A stretch of DNA of 38,984 nucleotides from Rubrobacterales bacterium (GCA_038198625.1 JBBPZT010000217.1:1-38984); one strand, 5' to 3'; shown: positions 19,050 through 28,361, counted from the first letter of the stretch. Made by a program: numbers and translations. The notes: generated by a model from the letters alone, not told the origin.

Positions 19050-20177
19050 GTGATGGATCGCTTCAGATTCAGGGCACAGGTCGTCGGTATGGATATAGAT
19101 CGAGGCGCCATAAAGGCCGTGCAGCTCTCGAAGGTGGGGGGGAGCTATACGCTCCAACACGTCGGGTATCATAGGCTCGCTCCTGGTGCGATAGAGGATG
19201 GCGAGGTGGCGGATCACGACCTGCTCACCTCTGAGATACAGGAGTTCTGGTCCACGCATTCTTTCAAGGGCAGGTCAGTCTCTTTGGGGCTCGCGAACCA
19301 GGGCATAGTAGTAAGGTTGCTCGATTTTCCACGCATGAGCCCGGAAGACCTCAAGAGCGCCATCGGCTATGAAGCCCAGGATCACATCCCGATGCCGCTG
19401 GAGGAGGCGGTGATGGATTACGTGAGCCTCGGCCCGAAAGAAGAGGACTCCGACCTCGACCGCATCTTGATCGTCGCCGCCCAGCGAGAGATGGTCGGCC
19501 GCTACACTTCTGCGATACGCGCCGCCGGCTTGCGCCCGGTAGGCATAGATGTGAAGGCACTCTCCCTCGTTCGCGCGACCCTACCCGAGGATTTCTTCGA
19601 TGAGGGAGACATCCTGCTCCTGGATATAGGGAGCGAGCTTTCCAACCTCGTGGTCTGCCAGCACGGAAACCTGATGTTTACCCGGTTCATACCAGGCGGT
19701 TCGACTTACTTCGCCCGGATGGTAGCCGGGGCCGCGGGTCTCCCGGAGGAAGACGCCGAGGACGTGCTTACGCGTTCTAAAGTCATGCTCGAAAACCCGG
19801 AGGATTTGGAGTCGTCGCAGGGCGGCGGTGGGGAAGATGACGAGACGGATCCGTCCCTAGATCGGACGTTCCGGCGTAACGTGAGGCGCGGGATCGAGGA
19901 CGCGGCCCAGACCTTGGTGGAAGATGTGCAACGTTGCATCGAGTACCACTACTCCCAGCCTGGAGCACGGGAAGTCTCGCAGGTCCTCGTCTCTGGGGAA
20001 GGTGCATTGGTGGCCGGGCTGGAGAGCTACCTGGGAGAGCTGCTGCAGTTGCCGACCTCCAGGGGAAACCCGCTCCAGAAATTGGCGGCCAACAAGTCGA
20101 ATGTATCCGAAGAGCAGCTCGAGGTGATGGAGCCTGTTCTGGCGGTCGCGCTCGGCTTGGCCCTGGAGGACTCGTGA
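19050..20177 (+). CDS. pilM: Type IV pilus assembly protein PilM (actin-like ATPase fold)
   Basis: 375 aa. VGMDIDRGAIKAV, LLDIGSELSNLVV and a PilM-type C-terminus. Contains an acidic insertion (ENPEDLESSQGGGGEDDETD). ATG 19053 is an equally plausible start. Confidence 0.85.
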   Translation: MMDRFRFRAQVVGMDIDRGAIKAVQLSKVGGSYTLQHVGYHRLAPGAIEDGEVADHDLLTSEIQEFWSTHSFKGRSVSLGLANQGIVVRLLDFPRMSPEDLKSAIGYEAQDHIPMPLEEAVMDYVSLGPKEEDSDLDRILIVAAQREMVGRYTSAIRAAGLRPVGIDVKALSLVRATLPEDFFDEGDILLLDIGSELSNLVVCQHGNLMFTRFIPGGSTYFARMVAGAAGLPEEDAEDVLTRSKVMLENPEDLESSQGGGGEDDETDPSLDRTFRRNVRRGIEDAAQTLVEDVQRCIEYHYSQPGAREVSQVLVSGEGALVAGLESYLGELLQLPTSRGNPLQKLAANKSNVSEEQLEVMEPVLAVALGLALEDS

Positions 20178-20887
20178 GACGGATAAACCTGCTCCCCCCC
20201 GAGGAGCGTCAGAGGAGCTTCTCCCTACCGAGAGGCGGGGTGCTAGGTATACTGTTCGTCGCCGGGGCGGCGGCCCTGGTGATCATGGCCGGTCTTTATC
20301 TCTTTTACCTGGTGCGCCTAAATAACGAGCAGCAGCAGATTTCGACCCTCGATCAGCAGATATCCCAGCAGAACCAGCGTCTGGCCGAGCTCGCGCCTTT
20401 CAGAGACCTCCAGGCCAGCCTGGACGCCAAAAAGCCGGTGGCCGATGGGATATACAGGACCCGCTTCCCGTGGGCCGAGTTCTTCCAGGGCCTCGCGTTC
20501 GTGATCCCCCAGACAACCACGCTAAAAAGCCTCACCGCCCAGGCCGCCCCGATCGACATCCAGGCTTCTTCGGGACAGACTCTCCGGCCGCCGGGGACGA
20601 TAACCTTTACCGGCGTCGCGCTACCTGGTTACCGGAATGTCGCGGACTTCATCGTTCAAATGAACAGCCTGCGCTACCTCTCGAACACTCAACTCAACTC
20701 GGCGGAACTCGACCGGCAAACCTACTCTCGACCCGCCATAAACTTCGAGGCCTCCTCGGAGCTTATAACCGTTGTCGGTCAGGATGGCCCGGCGGTTCCG
20801 CTCGAAAGCGGGCCTTCAGCCGATGTACGGGAGAGCCCATCCCGGAATTCTCAAGACTTGGCGAGCCATCCGGTGGACAGGCATTAG
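20174..20887 (+). CDS. pilN: Type IV pilus assembly protein PilN (bitopic)
   Basis: Starts VRRINLLPPEERQR (the PilN signature INLLP), followed by one TM helix and a coiled coil. GTGA overlap with pilM. The track ORF from 19934 is an in-frame upstream extension inside pilM. Confidence 0.85.
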   Translation: MRRINLLPPEERQRSFSLPRGGVLGILFVAGAAALVIMAGLYLFYLVRLNNEQQQISTLDQQISQQNQRLAELAPFRDLQASLDAKKPVADGIYRTRFPWAEFFQGLAFVIPQTTTLKSLTAQAAPIDIQASSGQTLRPPGTITFTGVALPGYRNVADFIVQMNSLRYLSNTQLNSAELDRQTYSRPAINFEASSELITVVGQDGPAVPLESGPSADVRESPSRNSQDLASHPVDRH

Positions 20888-21598
20888 TTGGAACGCAACG
20901 ACCGCAACCTACTCATCCTCGGCGCGCTGGTGATACTGGTCCTGCTGATCGGCTTCTACTTCCTACTGCTGGGACCGCTGAGGAGCGACTATGCGCAGCG
21001 GGTCGAGGAGAAAAACAACAAGCAGTCCCAGCTAAATCAATTGCAACAGCAGGTCAGCAACCTGGAGGAGGTACGCCGCAATTCGCCAGACACGGAACGC
21101 CAGCTCCTGGAGCTCGCGAAAAGGATACCGGAACAACCGGAGATCCCAACCCTACTGGTCCAGATCGAAGAGGTCTCGCGTGCCGCAAACGTCACCCAAC
21201 TCTCTATCCTACCTGGAACCCCCGAAGCGCCTCCTGGTGGAGGTGACTTTCAGCGCATACCGATTACAATGTCCTTTGAAGGCACTTACGCGCAGATGGA
21301 AGACTGGCTGCGCCGCGTGCGGAACCTGGCCCGTCTCGTGACGGTCAACGAAGTCACCTACGAGCCGGCGCAGCAGGGAGGCGGGACGACCACGACCGAA
21401 CCGGGGATAGAGCGCCTGCTAAAGGTCGACGTTAAAGCTGAGGTTTACGATCAAGTTTCCGGGGGTTCCACGAGCCCTGCCTCGGTGGCGCCTTCGCCCC
21501 CGCCAACTCCGGGGAGTACCTCGGGGAGCATTCCCGGTGGCGGCTCGACCGTCGGCCCGAACGAGAGCGCCCAGGGAGGCGTGACCGGTGCCCCGTAG
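20888..21598 (+). CDS. pilO: Type IV pilus assembly protein PilO (bitopic), with a Pro/Ser/Gly-rich C-terminal tail
   Basis: 236 aa. N-terminal TM helix, coiled coil (QLNQLQQQVSNLEE), then ...IPEQPEIPTLLVQIE... and a ferredoxin-like core (ITMSFEGTY..M.DWL). Confidence 0.8.
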   Translation: MERNDRNLLILGALVILVLLIGFYFLLLGPLRSDYAQRVEEKNNKQSQLNQLQQQVSNLEEVRRNSPDTERQLLELAKRIPEQPEIPTLLVQIEEVSRAANVTQLSILPGTPEAPPGGGDFQRIPITMSFEGTYAQMEDWLRRVRNLARLVTVNEVTYEPAQQGGGTTTTEPGIERLLKVDVKAEVYDQVSGGSTSPASVAPSPPPTPGSTSGSIPGGGSTVGPNESAQGGVTGAP

Positions 21599-22304
21599 GC
21601 TGCGGGAGATGTTAGACGGACTCACGGGGCTCTCTCCCCTTGGCAGCCGGATCCTGCCGACGGTACTTGGAGTTTTGGCGCTACTTATCTTCGTCTGGGT
21701 ATTGACAGGCGCTTTCTCCGGGTCGGGTGGCGAGCAGGCCGCGAGCCGTTCGCAGTTGGCGCAGGCGCCTAACGGCTCGCAGAACGGCACCTCTCTGAAC
21801 GGGAGCCGGGAGGCGCCGGTTCCGCAGTCCGAGAACAAGAACGTCGATTCCTATGCCGCGTACACGAACAAAGACCCGTTCAGGCAACTCGTGAAACCGG
21901 CGGGCGGAAGCACGAAGTCCGGGTCGTCGGGGCCCGGCAATACTTCCGGCAGTGGTTCTGGTGGTGGATCTACAAGCTCCGCCAGCGGTGGTGGAACCGG
22001 CAGCGGAGCCAATACGCCTAGTAATGGCGGAAATGCAAACGGTGGCTCATCTAGCAACTCTTCTCCGGGTGATAGCACCACTAACAACGCTTCCAGTGGA
22101 GGAGCGGGGGCCGGCAAAGGAACGGTCGCTGAGCGCAAACGCGCTGTGCGCATGCGGGCTGCCCGGATGCGTCGCGCTGCTATTATCCAGGCTCGCAGGC
22201 AAGCCAGGGCCCAGGCGACCGGTAACAACGCGAGAAACGGTCTACCCAACTCCGGGGGCAGGCTACCGGACACTGGCGGAATTCTCTCCGGCGGGTATAA
22301 ATAG
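21588..22304 (+). CDS. Orphan membrane-anchored Gly/Ser/Asn-rich protein in the PilP position of the pilus operon
   Basis: 238 aa. One N-terminal TM helix (ILPTVLGVLALLIFVWVLTGAF), a KDPF motif, an approximately 80-aa G/S/N/T low-complexity tract, an Arg-rich helix (AERKRAVRMRAARMRRAAIIQARRQARAQ), and C-terminal LPNSGG-R-LPDTGG-ILSGGYK. Confidence 0.6.
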   Translation: MPRRLREMLDGLTGLSPLGSRILPTVLGVLALLIFVWVLTGAFSGSGGEQAASRSQLAQAPNGSQNGTSLNGSREAPVPQSENKNVDSYAAYTNKDPFRQLVKPAGGSTKSGSSGPGNTSGSGSGGGSTSSASGGGTGSGANTPSNGGNANGGSSSNSSPGDSTTNNASSGGAGAGKGTVAERKRAVRMRAARMRRAAIIQARRQARAQATGNNARNGLPNSGGRLPDTGGILSGGYK

Positions 22305-22340
22305 CGTGGCCTTGAACTATATTGGAGAGGACTTTTTACG

Positions 22341-23513
22341 GTGAGGTTCGGTTTTTCGACGTCGGGTGAGTCACACGGCCCAGCTGAGGTAACCCTGGTA
22401 CACGGGGTTCCGGCGGGGCTGGAGTTGTTGGCGGGAGATATCAATCGCGACCTTACCCGCAGGCAGCAGGGCTACGGGCGGGGTGGGCGGCAGAAGATAG
22501 AGAAAGACCAGGTGGAGTTCCTCGGTGGGGTGCGTCACGGCTACACCTTGGGCTCGCCGGTCGCCATGCTGATGCGCAACAACGACTACGCTAACTGGGA
22601 GGACCGGATGTCTCCGGACCCTCCGGATGAGGCCTCCAAGACCGTCACACTGCCCCGGCCCGGACACGCTGATCTAGCCGGGATGCAGAAGTACGCTTTC
22701 GACGACCTCAGAAACGTCCTCGAGCGGTCCAGCGCCCGTGAGACTACGGCCAGGGTGGCAGCCGGGGGTGTTGCCAAGAAGCTTCTGGCTGAGTTCGGGG
22801 TCGAGATCCACAGCGCCGTTTACCGCATAGGAGGCGCCGCCTACGACAAGGAGCGGGCGTCAGCGGATGCCCGAAAGGCCGATGGTTCCGAGGTTCGTTG
22901 TCCGGACCCGGATGTCTCCGAGAAGATGAAAGCGGAGATCGACGCCGCCCGCTACGCCCGCGACGCCCTGGGCGGCGAGTTCGTGGTCGTGGCCGAAGGT
23001 TGCCCGCCGGGGCTCGGTTCCTACGTGGACTGGCGCGACAAGATCGACGCGCGGCTCGCGGCGGCGGTGATGTCCATCAACGCCATAAAGGGTGTAGAGG
23101 TGGGCATGGGCTTCGAGGTCGCGCGTCACCGTTCCAGCGAGGTGCAGGATGCGATCCTGCTGGAAGACGGGCATCTCGCGCGGGCGAGCAACCGCCTTGG
23201 CGGTCTCGAAGGGGGTATGACAAACGGTGAGCCCGTTGTGGTTTCCGCCGCCATGAAGCCGATCTCGACGATAGCGAAAGCCCTGCGCACCGTGGACCTC
23301 TCCACCGGAGAGGAGTCCCGGGCCTTCAGGGAGCGGGCCGACTCTTGCGCGGTACCGGCAGCTGCGGTGATCGGGGAGTCAATGGTCGCGGTTGTGCTGG
23401 CCGAAGCCTTCCTGGAGAAATTTGGGGCTGATAACATGACCGACATCCACGCGTCCCACGACGCATACGTGCGCCGTCTCAAAGACACCATCCACGGGGC
23501 GCGTTCCTCCTGA
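22341..23513 (+). CDS. aroC: Chorismate synthase
   Basis: 390 aa. Motifs SGESHGP, RPGHAD and GGRSSARETA-like SSARETTARVAAG. Confidence 0.95.
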   Translation: MRFGFSTSGESHGPAEVTLVHGVPAGLELLAGDINRDLTRRQQGYGRGGRQKIEKDQVEFLGGVRHGYTLGSPVAMLMRNNDYANWEDRMSPDPPDEASKTVTLPRPGHADLAGMQKYAFDDLRNVLERSSARETTARVAAGGVAKKLLAEFGVEIHSAVYRIGGAAYDKERASADARKADGSEVRCPDPDVSEKMKAEIDAARYARDALGGEFVVVAEGCPPGLGSYVDWRDKIDARLAAAVMSINAIKGVEVGMGFEVARHRSSEVQDAILLEDGHLARASNRLGGLEGGMTNGEPVVVSAAMKPISTIAKALRTVDLSTGEESRAFRERADSCAVPAAAVIGESMVAVVLAEAFLEKFGADNMTDIHASHDAYVRRLKDTIHGARSS

Positions 23514-23517
23514 AGCC

Positions 23518-24018
23518 GTGGACGGGACCGTGGCTTTGATCGGATACATGGGAAGCGGTAAGAGCACCGTCGGTCGTGTCCTTGCCCGCAAGCTAGATAG
23601 GGATTTTGTGGACCTGGATCTGGAGATCTCCCGTGACGAAGGACGCTCCATCCCCAGGATCTTCGAGAAAAATGGGGAAGCCGGCTTCAGGAAGATCGAA
23701 CACCATACACTCGCCCGCGTGCTTAAAGATCCCAATGAAAAGGTGATCTCCTGCGGCGGCGGCGTGGTCACTTATCCGCCAAACCGCCGGCTGTTAGAGC
23801 ATGTCCCCACGGTATTTCTCCAGGAGGAGATGAAGATACTCTACGTCAGGACCCGCGGCGGCGGACGCCCTCTGCGAGCCGAGAGCCGTGAGGAGTTCGA
23901 AAGGCGATATATGGATCGGCTGCCACATTACCGTGAGTTCGCGGACCTGGAGATCGCGGCGCGAGGGCGTGGCCCGGAACAGATAACAGGGGAGATAATG
24001 GCGTGGCTGAAACAGTAA
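23518..24018 (+). CDS. aroK: Shikimate kinase
   Basis: 166 aa. P-loop GYMGSGKSTVGR, FRK.E and GGG.V. Confidence 0.92.
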   Translation: MDGTVALIGYMGSGKSTVGRVLARKLDRDFVDLDLEISRDEGRSIPRIFEKNGEAGFRKIEHHTLARVLKDPNEKVISCGGGVVTYPPNRRLLEHVPTVFLQEEMKILYVRTRGGGRPLRAESREEFERRYMDRLPHYREFADLEIAARGRGPEQITGEIMAWLKQ

Positions 24019-25091
24019 CAGTAGAAGTCGCGGGCACACCGACCTACACCGTTATCATCGGCGCGGACCTGGACCCAGCGGAAGAAATATCCCGCTTTCT
24101 CGAATCCGGCGTCTGCGCGGTCCTGACCGACTCCAACGTCGGCCCGTTGCACGCGGAATCTGTTACCGGCTCTCTAAAGCGCTCCGGTTGGCGTGTAGCC
24201 GACGTCATAGAGATACTGGCGGGCGAGAGCTTGAAAGACCTCTCGACCTACGGTTCGGCGATCCGGCGCCTGGCCCGTTCCGGCCTGACTCGCGACGGAA
24301 CCCTTTTTGTTTTGGGCGGCGGGGTCGTGGGCGACCTGGGTGGTTTCGTCGCGGGCACCTTCATGCGGGGCATAAACCTCGTGGCGCTCCCGACCTCCCT
24401 ACTAGCGATGGTGGACAGCTCTGTGGGCGGCAAGGTTGGCGTGGACCTGCCGGAGGGAAAGAACCTCGTCGGGACCTTCGTAAGACCCCGCACTGTCGTG
24501 GCGAACCTCGGCTGGCTCCGCACCCTGCCCAAACGAGAGCTCTCCAACGGCCTCGCCGAAGTGATCAAGATGGGCCTCCTCTGCGGTGGAGAGTACCTGA
24601 TAGACCTGAACCTGATAGATAGGGTTATGGATCTGGAGCCCGAAGCTCTGCTGCGCTTGGTAGTCCGGCCGGTGCGTTTTAAGGCGGAGGTGGTTGCGGA
24701 GGATGAGTTCGAGTCCGGACGGCGGGCCATCCTCAACTACGGCCACACCATAGGACACGGCCTCGAAGCCGTCTCAGGTTATGCTTTCTCTCACGGCGAG
24801 GCTGTGGGCGTGGGCATGGTCGCCGCTGCCGGAATCTCCGAGGAGAAGTTGGGGACTACCCTGAAAGACCTGCACGAAGATCTGCTGCTCTCCGCCGGGT
24901 TACCGGTAAAGACACCTAGGGTATCGGTTGAGAAAGTGCTGGCGGCGATGGGTCGTGACAAGAAGCGCCGGGCATCCGATTCCACGGTGGAGCACAGGTT
25001 CGTGTTGCTCGAAGATGTTGGTCGGCCCTTGTATGGTGTGCGGGTCGGAGAAGATGAGGTTCGGCGGGCGATAGAGGCCGTCGTTGAGTAG
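24003..25091 (+). CDS. aroB: 3-dehydroquinate synthase
   Basis: 362 aa. Motifs LGGGVVGDLGGFVA, VALPTSLLAMVDSSVGGKVGV, LNYGHTIGH and HGEAV. Confidence 0.95.
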   Translation: MAETVTVEVAGTPTYTVIIGADLDPAEEISRFLESGVCAVLTDSNVGPLHAESVTGSLKRSGWRVADVIEILAGESLKDLSTYGSAIRRLARSGLTRDGTLFVLGGGVVGDLGGFVAGTFMRGINLVALPTSLLAMVDSSVGGKVGVDLPEGKNLVGTFVRPRTVVANLGWLRTLPKRELSNGLAEVIKMGLLCGGEYLIDLNLIDRVMDLEPEALLRLVVRPVRFKAEVVAEDEFESGRRAILNYGHTIGHGLEAVSGYAFSHGEAVGVGMVAAAGISEEKLGTTLKDLHEDLLLSAGLPVKTPRVSVEKVLAAMGRDKKRRASDSTVEHRFVLLEDVGRPLYGVRVGEDEVRRAIEAVVE

Positions 25092-25512
25092 GGTCCTCAT
25101 ACTAAACGGGGTAAACCTGGGATCTCTCGGTCAGCGGCGTCCCGAGTTCTACGGTAAAGAGACCTTGAAAGATATCGAGGATCATCTGCAAGGCGCGTTC
25201 CCGGACGCGGAGCTGGATCACCGACAGACGGATTACGAAGGAGAGATGGTGGGATGGATACGAGAGGCGGCCGGATACGACGGCCTGATCCTCAACCCCG
25301 GCGCCTGGACCCACTACTCCTATGCTCTCCACGACGCCCTGGAAACTGTAGATGTACCTAAAGTAGAGGTCCACATCTCGAACATACACGCCAGGGAGCC
25401 CTGGAGGCGAAACTCGGTAGTTTCTCCGGCGGTAGACGCTGTCGTGGCTGGTATGGGTATCCACGGTTACGAAGCCGCCGTTCGTTATATCCTTACCCGC
25501 GGGGTTGGCTAG
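25084..25512 (+). CDS. aroQ: Type II 3-dehydroquinate dehydratase
   Basis: 142 aa. Motifs ILNGVNL..LG.R.PE.YG, NPGAWTHYSYAL.DA and EVHISNIHAREPWR. Confidence 0.95.
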   Translation: MSRVLILNGVNLGSLGQRRPEFYGKETLKDIEDHLQGAFPDAELDHRQTDYEGEMVGWIREAAGYDGLILNPGAWTHYSYALHDALETVDVPKVEVHISNIHAREPWRRNSVVSPAVDAVVAGMGIHGYEAAVRYILTRGVG

Positions 25513-25610
25513 CCGCTGGCTGTTCGCCGAGTTCCGATAGGGGATCCCCCGCTGCTCCTTCGTTGCCGGGTTGGCCTGAGGCTCAGTTGCGATTAGAAGG
25601 GTTGGATCTG

Positions 25611-25619
25611 TGCGATAAT
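25611..25619 (+). promoter_or_regulatory. Possible extended -10 promoter element upstream of efp
   Basis: TGcGATAAT in the AT-richer 183-nt aroQ-efp spacer. There is no convincing -35. Confidence 0.25.
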
Positions 25620-25695
25620 ATTTTGGTGTCGGGGCCGGTTATCACCGGGCCGGGACTTTTCGCTCTATTTTCGAGTCGTAAGAGGGGTTTTCGAG

Positions 25696-26253
25696 ATGAT
25701 CTCAACGAATCAATTTAAGAACGGGTCCGCCATCCGGGTGGATGGTAAGCGGTTTACCATCGCCTATTTCCAGCATGTCAAGCCGGGCAAGGGCGCGGCT
25801 TTCGTCCGGACGCGTCTGCGCAACATGGATACCGGCTCCCTGGTGGACAAGACCTTCCGGGCCGGAGAGAAGGTCGAGGACATCAGGACGGAATCGCGGC
25901 AGATGAGCTACCTCTACCGTGATGGCGACCTGTTCTACTTCATGGATCAAGAAACCTACGAACAGTTCGCCATTCCGGCCGACGTTCTTGGCGAAACCGC
26001 CGGATACACTGTCCCGAACGGGGTGGTCACCGTGCTCTCGGCCGACGGTGAGGTCGTGAGCGTGGAGCCGCCGGCCCACGTGGACCTCGAAGTTTCGGAG
26101 ACGGATCCCGGCCTCAAGGGTGATACGGCGACCGGAGGAAGCAAGCCCGCCACGCTCGAGACGGGGCTAGTGGTCCAGGTTCCGCTCTTCGTCAACCCTG
26201 GCGAGCGGGTGCGGGTCGACACGCGTTCCAACGAATACCTGACTAGGGTTTGA
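25696..26253 (+). CDS. efp: Elongation factor P
   Basis: 185 aa. Motifs [17 protein letters not shown], ...[11 protein letters not shown] and KPATLETG. Confidence 0.96.
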   Translation: MISTNQFKNGSAIRVDGKRFTIAYFQHVKPGKGAAFVRTRLRNMDTGSLVDKTFRAGEKVEDIRTESRQMSYLYRDGDLFYFMDQETYEQFAIPADVLGETAGYTVPNGVVTVLSADGEVVSVEPPAHVDLEVSETDPGLKGDTATGGSKPATLETGLVVQVPLFVNPGERVRVDTRSNEYLTRV

Positions 26254-26660
26254 TCGTCTTGAGTCGCAGAACCGCCCGAAAACAAGCGTTCCTGGTACTG
26301 TATCAGAGTGACGTCAACGGGTGGATGGTTGGTGAAACCGTCAAACGCTGGCGATCGTATCGGGGAGATTTCGACGAGTATGCGCTGCGGCTGTCCCGAG
26401 GTGTGGACCAGGAAACAGAGTACCTGGACGCGCGGCTCTCTGAAGTCTCGGTTGGATGGCCGGTCTACAGGATGAGTTTCGTGGATAGGACGATCTTGAG
26501 GATAGCTCTATATGAAATGCTCTTTGTAGAGGACGTGCCGCTTGAGGTGGCGATCAACGAGGCTATAGAGCTCGCAACGGGGTTCTCCAGCGAGGAGTCG
26601 CCCGCTTTCGTCGGGGGCGTGTTGCGGGGGGCGGGAAGCAGGTTGGTGGAGCATGGCTAG
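26250..26660 (+). CDS. nusB: Transcription antitermination factor NusB
   Basis: 136 aa. [15 protein letters not shown], ...[12 protein letters not shown]... and [13 protein letters not shown] overlap with efp. Confidence 0.9.
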   Translation: MIVLSRRTARKQAFLVLYQSDVNGWMVGETVKRWRSYRGDFDEYALRLSRGVDQETEYLDARLSEVSVGWPVYRMSFVDRTILRIALYEMLFVEDVPLEVAINEAIELATGFSSEESPAFVGGVLRGAGSRLVEHG

Positions 26661-27540
26661 CGTGACGCTCTGGGAAGAGCACCGGATGAAGTTCGAGCAG
26701 TACCTCGAAGGACTCTACTTCTCGGAGGAGCCCCGGCTCTTGGGGCTCGTGGAAGCCATGCGCTACTCGATGCTCGCGGGCGGCAAGCGTGTCAGGCCGA
26801 CCCTGTGCATGGAGACGGCGCGGGTCTTTGGTACGGACCCAGCCCTTACGCTACCCTCGGCGGCGGCCATAGAGCTCATCCACACCTACTCCCTGATCCA
26901 CGATGACCTGCCCGCGATGGATGACGACGATTACCGGCGCGGAAGGCCGACGGCCCACAAGAAATTCGGGGAGGCTATGGCTATCCTGGCGGGCGACGCT
27001 TTCTTCGGTGAGGCGCTAACCCTGATCACGGTCCACCAGAAAGGTAGCTGCGATCAGGTGGTAGAGGTCGTGAGAGAACTCGCCGGCTCGACCGGGGTGA
27101 ACGGGATGGTCGGTGGGCAGGTCATAGACATGGACCATACCGGGGCCGGGGGCGGCGTGGACCCGGATACGCTGCATATGATCCACAAGTACAAAACCGG
27201 AGCCCTGATAAAGTCTTCCGCGCGTATCGGCGCCATACTCGCCGACACCACGAAAGATGAACAGACGGCCATCTCGGATTACGCCCTGGAGCTCGGGCTC
27301 TGCTTCCAGATAATCGACGACGTGCTGGACGCGACTTCCACCCGCGAAGCCCTGGGCAAGAGCGCTGGCAGCGACGCCGAACAGGGCAAGGCGACCTTCG
27401 TCGGCGCTTATGGTCTGGAAGGCGCCAGAAAGGAAGCGGACAAGGCTGCCGAGCGGGCCTTGTCCGCCCTCTCGCGGGTGGATGGCGATTCCTCTGGCCT
27501 TCGGGACCTGGTCTTCTTCGTCCGCCACCGGGAGAGCTAG
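26653..27540 (+). CDS. Short-chain (E)-polyprenyl diphosphate synthase (FPP/GGPP synthase type)
   Basis: 295 aa. First Asp-rich motif LIHDDLPAMDDDDYRRGRPT, second FQIIDDVLD, and GKRVRP. Confidence 0.9.
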   Translation: MASVTLWEEHRMKFEQYLEGLYFSEEPRLLGLVEAMRYSMLAGGKRVRPTLCMETARVFGTDPALTLPSAAAIELIHTYSLIHDDLPAMDDDDYRRGRPTAHKKFGEAMAILAGDAFFGEALTLITVHQKGSCDQVVEVVRELAGSTGVNGMVGGQVIDMDHTGAGGGVDPDTLHMIHKYKTGALIKSSARIGAILADTTKDEQTAISDYALELGLCFQIIDDVLDATSTREALGKSAGSDAEQGKATFVGAYGLEGARKEADKAAERALSALSRVDGDSSGLRDLVFFVRHRES

Positions 27541-27566
27541 CTATCACCGGCGAAGCTACACGGCGC

Positions 27567-28361
27567 GTGCAGCGGCGTGAGCCGCGGCGGCTCGACATGC
27601 TTCTCGTCGAACGAGGCCTCGCCGAAAGCCGGCAGAAGGCCCAAGGACTCATCTTGGCCGGAGCCGTGCGGGTCGGCGGACAGGTCGCCACGAAGGCTGG
27701 CCTTCGAGTCGGCCTGGAAGAACCCCTGGACGTGGAGGGTAAGCAGCGCTTTGTCTCGCGGGCCGGGGAGAAGCTGGATGCGGCCCTGGAGGTTTTCGAC
27801 ATCCCGGTGGCCGGCCGGCCTTGCCTAGACGCCGGGGCTTCCACGGGAGGGTTCACCGACGTGCTCTTGCAGCGGGAGGCGGCCAAGGTACTCGCGGTGG
27901 ATGTGGGCTACGGACAGTTTGACTGGACGCTTCGCAACGATTCCCGAGTCGTGGTGATGGAGAGGACCAACGTGCGGAGGCTCTCCGGCGAAGAGTTGCC
28001 GTTCGAGCCGGAGTTTCTGGTGGCGGACCTGTCTTTTATCTCCCTCGTCGTGGCGCTTGGGAACCTTATCTCGACTACCGGGTCGATCCGGGAGGCGGTC
28101 GTTCTCGTCAAGCCGCAGTTCGAGGCTGGGCCTGAGAAGGTTGGACGCGGGGGGTTGGTCCGTGACCCGGAAGTTCACGCCGCCGTGATTCAAGAGGTTG
28201 TCGAATCTTTCGCTACTCTAGGTTTCGGCGCCGTCGACGTTACGCGTTCCCCGGTTGCCGGACGCCGGGCCGGGAACCGCGAGTATCCGCTCTATCTGAT
28301 GCGGAGGGCGCCGGCGGCTCTCAAAGAAGCCCGGATACGGGAGGTAGTAGCGGGTGGGTAA
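27567..28361 (+). CDS. tlyA: TlyA-family rRNA 2'-O-methyltransferase (S4 domain plus FtsJ-like methyltransferase)
   Basis: 264 aa. Motifs RLDMLLVERGLAESR.KAQ, RAGEKL, LDAGASTGGFTDVLL and DLSFISL. Confidence 0.88.
   Translation: MQRREPRRLDMLLVERGLAESRQKAQGLILAGAVRVGGQVATKAGLRVGLEEPLDVEGKQRFVSRAGEKLDAALEVFDIPVAGRPCLDAGASTGGFTDVLLQREAAKVLAVDVGYGQFDWTLRNDSRVVVMERTNVRRLSGEELPFEPEFLVADLSFISLVVALGNLISTTGSIREAVVLVKPQFEAGPEKVGRGGLVRDPEVHAAVIQEVVESFATLGFGAVDVTRSPVAGRRAGNREYPLYLMRRAPAALKEARIREVVAGG

Noticed and set aside
20470-21246. 258-aa + strand ORF in an alternative frame across pilN/pilO, and a 161-aa ORF at 32217-32702 across the mrpA start.
   Set aside because: Arg/Pro/Gly-rich composition and complete overlap with genes that have clear PilN/PilO/MrpA features. 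These are GC-driven open frames.
22242-22280. LPNSGG/LPDTGG read as a canonical sortase cell-wall sorting signal.
   Set aside because: Only 7 residues follow the LPDTGG motif (ILSGGYK). There is no hydrophobic helix or Arg/Lys tail, and read-through past the stop does not supply one. I kept it as a curiosity in the findings, not as a called sorting signal.
25633-25680. Imperfect GC hairpin (GGCCGGT-tatc-ACCGGgCC) followed by T-rich sequence in the aroQ-efp spacer, considered as an aroQ terminator or efp leader structure.
   Set aside because: The stem is bulged and the T-tract is interrupted (gggacttttcgctctatttt). It also lies downstream of the only promoter-like element, so its role is ambiguous. 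I did not call it.
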